Assembly (NCBI RefSeq): GCF_000189295.2
Contig: NC_016803.1
Location: forward strand, 1,260,001 to 1,292,000
DNA from: Pseudodesulfovibrio mercurii
GTDB lineage: Bacteria; Desulfobacterota; Desulfovibrionia; Desulfovibrionales; Desulfovibrionaceae
Reading direction: 5' to 3'
DNA: 32,000 nucleotides
Under the pieces are notes generated by a model. The model did no database searches. It had not been told where the DNA came from and saw only the letters and a list, made by a program, of their open reading frames with translations. Position numbers and translations under genes: made by a program. Shown here in pieces: positions 24,238 to 32,000 of the stretch (position 1 is the first letter of the stretch; every line of letters starts with the position of its first letter).

Positions 24238-25812
24238 TCATTTTCCCCGCCTGCCGGTCAGGGTCCGGATGGTCGCCCGGCCGGGCATGAGGAAGACCAT
24301 GGGCACGAGCACGAAGAACAGGCAGCCGAAGGCGAAGGAGATGTCGTTGTAGGCCAGCATGGTGGCCTGGCGCATGACCTTCTTCTCGAGCAGGCCGAGG
24401 GCCAGGGGCAGGGCCTGGGCCGCGCCCACGCCCTTGGCCAGCAGGGTCTGGACCGCCTGGGTCAGATAGTCGCGGGTGGCCTGGTTCAGGTCGCTGATGT
24501 GATCGGTCAGGTAGACGCGGTGGATGGCCACGCCCCGGTCCAGGAGCACGGCGGCCAGGCTGTAGCCGATGTTGCCGCCCACCCGACGGGTCAGGGTATA
24601 GATGGAGGACGCGTCGGTGATCAGGCTCTTGTCCACCGAGATCAGGGAGACCGTGGACAGGGGCACGAACATGAACGGCATGCCGATCCCCATGATGATC
24701 AGGGGCGGAATGAGGTCCAGGTAGCCCGCCGTGGTGGAGAGCCGCATAAGCTCGTAGTAGGCCAGGACGATGACCCCGATGCCCGCGAAGAGCAGCGGCT
24801 TGGCCCCCACCCGCTGGAAGGCCCAGCCCGCCAGCGGCATGAACGCGAGCAGGACCAGGGCGCGCGGGGCCAGGACCAGGCCGGACTCGAAGGCCGGATA
24901 GCCGAGAATCTTCTGGGTGAACTGGGGCAGGACGAAGGTGGTCCCGAACAGGGAGACGCCGAAGACCAACCCCATGACCGAGCCGAGCACCAGGTTGCGG
25001 TCCTTGAGCACCCGGAAGTTGACCACGGGCTCGTCGCTCCTTAGTTCCCAGAAGACCAGGACGACGAGGGAGACCACCGTGGCCGCGGTCCACCAGACGA
25101 TCATGGGGGACTCGAACCACTGCTCGTCGTTGCCCCGCTCAAGGACCACCTGCATACCGGTCAGGCAGACGGTCAACAGGCCGATGCCCAGCCAGTCCAC
25201 GGAGCGGATGCCGCGCCGCAGGAACGGCGGGTCGTGCACGAAACGCATGGTCAGGAGCATGCCCAGGGCGCAGACGGGCACGTTGATGTAGAAGATCCAA
25301 GGCCAGCCCCAGGCGTCGGTCAGCCAGCCGCCGCAGATGGGCCCCAGCGCCGGGGCCAGGACCACGCCCATGCCGTACAGGGCCATGGCCATGCCCTGCT
25401 GGGCCGGGGGAAAGGTCTCGCGCAGGATGGCCTGGGACACGGGGATGAGCGCCCCGCCGCCGATGCCCTGGATGACCCGGTAGACGATCATCTGGGGGAA
25501 AGTGACGGCCGTGCCGCAGAGGATGGAGCCGATGGTGAACAGGGCGAACGAGAGCAGGTAGAAGTTCTTGCGCCCGATGAGCGCGCTCCACCAGCCGGAC
25601 ATGGTGACCATGATGATCTCGGCGATAGAATAGCTGGTGGCCACCCAGGTGATGGCCGAAAGGTCCGTGCCGAAGCCGCCCATCATGTGGGGCATGGACA
25701 CGTTGACCACGCTGGTGTCCATGACCGACATGAAGGCCCCGAAGACCACGGTAAGGGCGATGACCCACCGCTCGGCCGGAGCCATGTGCTCCGGGTCCCT
25801 GTACGCGCTCAC
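24238..25812 (-). CDS. emrB: MFS transporter, DHA2 (EmrB/QacA) family, 14-TM drug:H+ antiporter
   Basis: It is closely collinear with my memory of E. coli EmrB, for example FMSVMDTSVVNV, YRVIQGIGGGALIPVSQA and GPICGGWLTDAWGWPWIFYINVP. The GTG at 25812 lies 2 nt after the emrA stop. The ATG at 25785 is an alternative start. Confidence 0.9.
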   Translation of the reverse strand: MSAYRDPEHMAPAERWVIALTVVFGAFMSVMDTSVVNVSMPHMMGGFGTDLSAITWVATSYSIAEIIMVTMSGWWSALIGRKNFYLLSFALFTIGSILCGTAVTFPQMIVYRVIQGIGGGALIPVSQAILRETFPPAQQGMAMALYGMGVVLAPALGPICGGWLTDAWGWPWIFYINVPVCALGMLLTMRFVHDPPFLRRGIRSVDWLGIGLLTVCLTGMQVVLERGNDEQWFESPMIVWWTAATVVSLVVLVFWELRSDEPVVNFRVLKDRNLVLGSVMGLVFGVSLFGTTFVLPQFTQKILGYPAFESGLVLAPRALVLLAFMPLAGWAFQRVGAKPLLFAGIGVIVLAYYELMRLSTTAGYLDLIPPLIIMGIGMPFMFVPLSTVSLISVDKSLITDASSIYTLTRRVGGNIGYSLAAVLLDRGVAIHRVYLTDHISDLNQATRDYLTQAVQTLLAKGVGAAQALPLALGLLEKKVMRQATMLAYNDISFAFGCLFFVLVPMVFLMPGRATIRTLTGRRGK

Positions 25813-25814
25813 GG

Positions 25815-27050
25815 CTATTGCACGGCGGTCGCGGGGACCGCATCGGCGCAGGCGGATTCGGCGTGGCGGGCGTCGGCCCGCGCGGCCACGTCAACGCTGG
25901 GGATCACGGACATGCCGGGCGCGAGCAGGCAGCCGCCCTCGCCGTTTGGATGGTCGAGGACGATCTTGACCGGCACGCGCTGGACCACCTTGATGAAGTT
26001 GCCGGTGGCGTTCTCGGGCGGCAGCAGGGTGAAGCGGGAGCCGGTGCCCCGCTGAATGGAGTCCACGTGGCCCTCGAAGGTCCTGCCGGGATAGGCGTCC
26101 ACCTCGATGTCCACGGGCTGGCCGGGGCGCATGCCTGCAATCTGGGTCTCCTTGAAGTTGGCCACCACCCAGACGTCGCGGCCGACCACGGACAGGAGCT
26201 TCTGGCCCACCTGGACGTAGGCCCCCGGCTCCACGGACTTCTTGGTCACGAAGCCCGCGCACGGGGCGGTGATCCGGGTGTAGGACAGGTCCAGCTCGGC
26301 CTGGCGGACCTCGGCCTCGGCCTCGCGGGCCTCGGCCTGGCGCTTGACCACGGCGGCCTGGGCCTGGCGCAACCCGTCGCCGGCGGCCTGGGCCGAGGCC
26401 ACGGCCTGGCGGATCTGGGCCGACTGGGTGTCGATCCTCTTCCGGGCGGACAGGAGCTTGGCCCTGGACACGGCGGCCTGGGCGCGGGCGTGGTCGTATT
26501 CCTGGCGGGACACGGCCCCGGCCTCGACCATCTCGTCCATGCGCTTGAAGTCGTTCTGGTCGCGGTCGTGCCCGGCGGCGTACTCCTCCACCCCGGCCCT
26601 GGCCTGAGCCAGTTCGGAACGGTTGGAGGACAGGGCCGCGTTGCGTTGGTCCACCAGGGAGCGGGCGGCGGCCACCTCGGCCTCGGCCTCCTCCCTGGCC
26701 GCATTGGCGGACTGCAACCGGGCGCGGGCGATGTCCAAGGCCACCTCGAAGGTGCGCGGGTCCACCCGGACGAGCAGGTCGCCCTTCTCCACCCACTGGT
26801 TGTCGTGCACCGGCACCTCGGCCACGTGGCCGTCCACGCGGGGGCTCATGGAGATCACGTGGGCCTCCACAAAGGCGTCGTCCGTGGTTGCGTGGGACAT
26901 GATCCGCAGATACAGGGGGTAGCCCAGGACCGTGGTCAGGACAATGACCGCCGCGCCCAGGGCGAACAGGGTCTTCCGGGACTTCAGGCGGCTGCGCGCG
27001 GAGGCGGGCCCGCCGGAAGCGGCGTTGTCGTGCGTCTTCTCGCTAGTCAT
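25815..27050 (-). CDS. emrA: HlyD-family membrane fusion protein (EmrA-like), 411 aa
   Basis: It has an N-terminal TM, then TDDAFVEAHVISMSPRVDGHV (biotinyl-lipoyl-like), a long Ala/Gln/Arg coiled coil, YTRITAPCAGFVT, and a C-terminal beta-barrel region ending RVPVKI. Confidence 0.9.
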   Translation of the reverse strand: MTSEKTHDNAASGGPASARSRLKSRKTLFALGAAVIVLTTVLGYPLYLRIMSHATTDDAFVEAHVISMSPRVDGHVAEVPVHDNQWVEKGDLLVRVDPRTFEVALDIARARLQSANAAREEAEAEVAAARSLVDQRNAALSSNRSELAQARAGVEEYAAGHDRDQNDFKRMDEMVEAGAVSRQEYDHARAQAAVSRAKLLSARKRIDTQSAQIRQAVASAQAAGDGLRQAQAAVVKRQAEAREAEAEVRQAELDLSYTRITAPCAGFVTKKSVEPGAYVQVGQKLLSVVGRDVWVVANFKETQIAGMRPGQPVDIEVDAYPGRTFEGHVDSIQRGTGSRFTLLPPENATGNFIKVVQRVPVKIVLDHPNGEGGCLLAPGMSVIPSVDVAARADARHAESACADAVPATAVQ

Positions 27051-27110
27051 CTATCTCTCTCAAATGAAATTGCTTATGCGCTCGGGAACCGGCCGGGACA
27101 TGCGCTCCGG

Positions 27111-27680
27111 TCAGCGTTGCACGCCGAGCCCGCGCAGGACGAAGGTGGCCGCGTGGCGGCACAGCTCGTCCAGGTCGGCCCCGGCGGGCGTGAACAGGCA
27201 GACAGCCCGGACCAGGCCGGAGATGTACCGGGCCGTCAGGGCGGGACTCTCATCGCGGAACAGCCCCTGGTCGATGCCGCGTTGGATGATGCCCTCGAAC
27301 AGGTCCCACAGGCTGGCGCGCAGCCGCTGCCATTCCTCGGTCACCGGGCAGGTGACCACGTAGCCGATGAGCTCGATGTTGAAGGACCGGGCGTAGACGT
27401 GCCTGGCCAGGATGCCGACCACGCCCGCCAGTTCCTCGTCCGGCGTCAGGTCGTTCTCGTCCAGGAACCGCTGCATGGACGCGACCAGGGAGGAAAACTC
27501 CCGCAACAGGACCGCGAAGTAGAGGTCGTCCTTGCTCTTGAAATAGAGGTACAGGGTCCCCTTGCCCACGGCGGCCACCCGGGCCACGTCGCTCAGGAGA
27601 ACCTTGTGAAAGGGCTGCCGGGAAAACAGCTCCGCCGCCGTGTCCAGAATGCGCTGTTCCTTTTCCTTGTCTTCCTTCAT
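27111..27680 (-). CDS. TetR/AcrR-family transcriptional repressor, 189 aa
   Basis: The N-terminal HTH is ILDTAAELFSRQPFHKVLLSDVARVAAVGKGTLYLYFKSKDDLY. It is the first gene of the tetR-emrA-emrB string. Confidence 0.9.
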   Translation of the reverse strand: MKEDKEKEQRILDTAAELFSRQPFHKVLLSDVARVAAVGKGTLYLYFKSKDDLYFAVLLREFSSLVASMQRFLDENDLTPDEELAGVVGILARHVYARSFNIELIGYVVTCPVTEEWQRLRASLWDLFEGIIQRGIDQGLFRDESPALTARYISGLVRAVCLFTPAGADLDELCRHAATFVLRGLGVQR

Positions 27681-27744
27681 GAGCCCTCTCCGCGACGTCG
27701 GCGGCCGGGACCGCCCGGCTTGGGGCGGCCGTTTCGATCCCGGT

Positions 27745-27758
27745 ACTGACCGGTCAGT
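27745..27758. promoter_or_regulatory. Perfect 14-bp palindrome ACTGACCGGTCAGT. Candidate TetR operator.
   Basis: It lies 65 nt upstream of the tetR start, in the divergent intergenic region. The half-site TACTGAC recurs at 27803-27809. Confidence 0.45.
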
Positions 27759-27960
27759 TTTCGAGAGGCATGGACTACGCCCGAATTAGTTGCATTGTCA
27801 ACTACTGACCCCGGGTACTGGGATTTTTTCGCATTTCTTCACCAAGGGGCCGGTTCCGGACCGACCGGCAGGCCCTGGCGGGCCGCCCCCCTTGCCTTTT
27901 CGACCGCTGCGGCATAGTGTGAAAAACACATGCAAATCATACGGATGAAGGGATACGGCA

Positions 27961-29369
27961 GTGGTTAGACCCAATTTGCGACAGACCATCATATTCGGGA
28001 TAGCGATCTTCACCCTGGCCTTCGGCTCCATCGCCCTGCTCTCCCTGTCGAACCTGAACCGGTTGCAGGAGGCGGTGCTCCTGGTGGAGCGGGCCGACGA
28101 CCTGCGCAACCTGATCCTGGAAATCCGCCGCGAGGAAAAGAACTTCTTCCTGTACCAGGACGCGGCCCTGTTCTCCGTGGGCCGGGACAACCTGGACCGG
28201 GCCGGAACCATCCTCGACGAGCTGTCCGGCGAGATCGCCGCGCTCCACGGCCAGGCCCACGGCACGGAACTGGCGCGGGGCATGAAGCAGTACGGCGAGT
28301 GGCTCGCCCGGTTCGGCGCGGGCTCGGTGGACGTGGGCGAGGACTCCCCGGCCGCCCACGCCCTGCGCGAAACCGGCCAGAGCCTGGTGGAACACTCAAG
28401 GGCCATCGCCGAGCTGGAACGCGACAACATCCTGAACATCAACCAGCGGCTGCGCATGACCCTGTTCATCTCCATGGGCGTGGTGGCCCTGGTGGTCCTG
28501 GCCCTGGTCTTCTTCGTGTCCAAGGCCATCCTCGGGCCGCTGACCCAGGTCCAGGCGGCCACGCGGCGCATCGCCCAGGGGACCTTCGTGCCCCTGGCCG
28601 TGCGCGAGGACGGCGACGAGATCCAGCAGGTCTTCGTGGCCCTGAACTCCATGGTCGAGGAGCTGAAGAAGCGCCAGACCCAGCTGGTCCAGGCCCAGAA
28701 GCTCTCGTCCATCGGCACGCTCGCCTCGGGCATCGCCCACCAGCTGAACAACCCCCTGAACAACATCTCCACCTCGGCCCAGATCCTGGAGGAGGAGACC
28801 AGGGGACAGGACGAGTTCGCGGACAAGATGATGCACAACATCATCCAGGAGACCCTGCGCGCCCGGGACATCGTCAAGGGGCTGCTCGAATTTTCCCGGC
28901 ACAAGGACTTCTCGCCCGCGCCGTGCAATCTGAAGGAAGTCCTGGAAAGCGCGGTGCGCCTGGTCTCGGGCCAGCTCGGGCCGCGCATCAACGTGGACAT
29001 CCGCGTGCCGGACGACGTGACCCTGTACCTGGACCGGCAGCGCTTCCAGGAGGCCCTGCTCAACCTGATCATCAACTCCATCCAGGCCATCGGCGACGCC
29101 GAGGGAACCATCTCCATCACCACCTCGCGGGAGACGGACCACAAGGTCCTGACCATCGCCGACAACGGGCCAGGCATGTCCCCGGATACCCTGCAACGCA
29201 TCTTCGACCCGTTCTTCTCCACCAAGGAGGTGGGCCAGGGCACGGGGCTCGGCCTGTACATCGTCTACGGCATCATCGAGGAGCACCGGGGGACCATCCG
29301 GGTGGACTCCACACCCGGCGAGGGGACGTCCTTCACCATCAAACTGCCCCTTGAACCCGAGGAGAACGC

Positions 29370-29373
<4 letters not shown>
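27961..29373 (+). CDS. Membrane sensor histidine kinase (TM, periplasmic helical domain, TM, HAMP, HisKA, HATPase), 470 aa
   Basis: H-box: GIAHQLNNPLNNI. N-box: LLNLIINSIQA. G-boxes: DNGPGM and GTGLGLYIV. It starts with GTG. Its stop overlaps the next gene's ATG (ATGA at 29370-29373). Confidence 0.9.
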
Positions 29374-30701
<1,328 letters not shown>

Positions 30702-30705
30702 CGCC

Positions 30706-32000
30706 CTACTGCGCGGCGTTCTCCGCCGCGCCGTCCGCAAGGTCCGCATTGTCCGCATCACACAGGGCGATGGCGGCGGCCTCCTCCATGGTCGTGACGT
30801 AGCGGATGTCCAGCCCCTCGACCACCTCGTCCTCGATGGACCTGACCCCGGCCTCGCAGCCGCGCGGCAGGATGACCACGGGGATGCCCGCGCTCCGGGC
30901 GGCCATGAGCTTTTCGCGCACCCCGCCCACGGGCAGGACCTCGCCCAGGAGCGACAGCTCGCCGGTGGAGGCCACGTCCTGGCGCACCGGCCGTCCGGTG
31001 AGCAGGGAGAGGAGCGCGATGGTGATGGCCACGCCTGCGGAGGGCCCCTCCTTGGAGACCGCGCCCGCCGGGATGTGCACGTGGATGTCCGAGGTGGCGT
31101 AGAACTCCGGGTCGATGCCGAAGGCGGCCGCGTGGCTGCGACAAAAGCTCAGGGCGGTCTGGGCCGACTCGCGCAGGACCTCGCCCAGGGAGCCGGTCAG
31201 GATGAGCTGCTTGGAGCCGCGCATGCGGGCCGCCTCCACGAAAATGATCTCGCCGCCGATCTCGGTCCAGACCAGGCTGGTGGCCAGCCCGACCTTGGGC
31301 CGCTTCTGGGCCGCGGTGGAGGTGAACGGCGGCGCGCCGAGCAGTTCCTGGAGCATGGCCCGGTCCACGGTGACCGCGCCCGCGCCCTCGGTCAGGACCC
31401 GCTTGGCCAGCTTGCGGCAGAGCGAGGCGATCTGCTGCCTGAGCCTGCGCAACCCCGACTCGCGGGCATAGCCCCGGATGAGCAGGTCCACGGTCTCGTC
31501 CGGGACGGTCACCAGCTTCTCGTCCAGGCCGTGCTGGGCCAGGACCTCGGGAATGAGGTAGCGGGTTGCAATCTGCAACTTCTCCCCCGGCGTGTAGCTG
31601 GGGAACTCGATGACCTCCAACCGGTCGCGCAACGGCGCGGGCAAACGCTCCACCCCGTTGGCCGTGCAGATGAACAGGGCTCCGGACAGGTCGAAGGGCA
31701 GCCCCAGGTAGTGGTCCACGAAGGCGGTGTTCTGCTCGGCGTCGAGCATCTCGAGCAGAACCGACGTGGCGTCGCCCTGGAAGTCCTGGACCGCCTTGTC
31801 CACCTCGTCGAGCATGATCACCGGGTTGCGGGTGCCGACCTTGCGCAGCCCCTGGATGATCCGGCCGGGCATGGCCCCGACGTAGGTCCGCCGGTGGCCG
31901 CGCAGCTCGGCCTCGTCGCGCAGTCCGGCCAGGGACAGGCGCATGAACTTGCGCCCCAACGCCTCGGCGATGGCCTTGCCGATGGAGGTCTTGCCCATGC
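30706..32000 (-). CDS. lon: Lon protease (endopeptidase La), C-terminal about 430 aa. The 5' end lies beyond the window.
   Basis: Motifs seen: the Walker A end GKTSIGKAIAEALGRKF, the Walker B LDEVDK, RDRLEVIEFPSYT and the catalytic Ser motif SKEGPSAGVAI. The reading frame is still open at position 32000. Confidence 0.95.
   Translation of the reverse strand, partial: MGKTSIGKAIAEALGRKFMRLSLAGLRDEAELRGHRRTYVGAMPGRIIQGLRKVGTRNPVIMLDEVDKAVQDFQGDATSVLLEMLDAEQNTAFVDHYLGLPFDLSGALFICTANGVERLPAPLRDRLEVIEFPSYTPGEKLQIATRYLIPEVLAQHGLDEKLVTVPDETVDLLIRGYARESGLRRLRQQIASLCRKLAKRVLTEGAGAVTVDRAMLQELLGAPPFTSTAAQKRPKVGLATSLVWTEIGGEIIFVEAARMRGSKQLILTGSLGEVLRESAQTALSFCRSHAAAFGIDPEFYATSDIHVHIPAGAVSKEGPSAGVAITIALLSLLTGRPVRQDVASTGELSLLGEVLPVGGVREKLMAARSAGIPVVILPRGCEAGVRSIEDEVVEGLDIRYVTTMEEAAAIALCDADNADLADGAAENAAQ

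Noticed and set aside
24238-27050. The HlyD-family gene as the type-I secretion partner of the neighbouring adhesin
   Set aside because: It is followed by a 14-TM DHA2 MFS transporter (EmrB-like), not an ABC exporter, and is preceded by a TetR repressor. That makes it a classic EmrAB-type drug efflux operon. It is also on the opposite strand and separated from the adhesin by ybaK.
27819-27833. Possible sigma-54 promoter TGGGATTTTTTCGCA near the two-component operon
   Set aside because: The GG-to-GC spacing is one nucleotide short of the TGGCAC-N5-TTGCA consensus, and the -12 element is CGCA rather than TTGC. I found no convincing -24/-12 promoter anywhere in the intergenic regions of this window, so the target of the sigma-54 regulator is probably elsewhere.
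25818-29261. The + strand ORF 25818..27749 (643 aa) and the - strand ORF 27798..29261 (487 aa)
   Set aside because: They are antisense to emrA/tetR and to the sensor kinase respectively, with no motifs and GC-shadow composition.

Overview
This is a GC-rich bacterial chromosomal window. Gene content suggests a Desulfovibrionales-like anaerobe, but that is a weak inference. I support about 22 protein-coding genes and see no rRNA, tRNA, CRISPR array, transposase or integrase. Many long ORFs in the track are antisense or off-frame shadows caused by the high GC content.

Gene order:
- nitroreductase (+)
- CsaA-like tRNA-binding protein (-)
- Tat-exported 4x[4Fe-4S] protein plus a small 4-TM membrane partner (-)
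- citrate synthase and NAD kinase (+)
- DEAD-box helicase with a repeat-built Arg/Glu/Pro tail (+)
- an uncharacterised 261-aa protein (+)
- a divergent pair of an HD-GYP response regulator (-) and a hybrid HK-REC-REC-HPt kinase (+)
- a translationally coupled pair of a class-I FAD disulfide reductase and a cytoplasmic tandem-DUF1566 protein (-)
- a two-gene operon of a GNAT-RLAN-ATP-grasp (Ngg/RimK-like) fusion plus a SET-domain methyltransferase (-)
- a C-terminal remnant of an ABC ATPase next to a 350-bp AT-rich region
- a 1434-aa LapA-like VCBS/RTX adhesin with near-identical 402-bp internal repeats (+)
- ybaK and tetR-emrA-emrB (-)
- a sigma-54-type two-component pair (+)
- the 3' part of lon (-), which runs off the window

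The best candidates for something undescribed are:
1. the GNAT-ATP-grasp + SET operon;
2. the disulfide reductase coupled by an ATGA overlap to a signal-less double DUF1566 protein;
3. two related structured hairpin-plus-terminator modules bracketing the nitroreductase gene;
4. an orphan Lap-type adhesin with a TAAG motif at residues 108-111, beside a gene remnant.

All functional calls come from motif recognition by eye. No searches were run.
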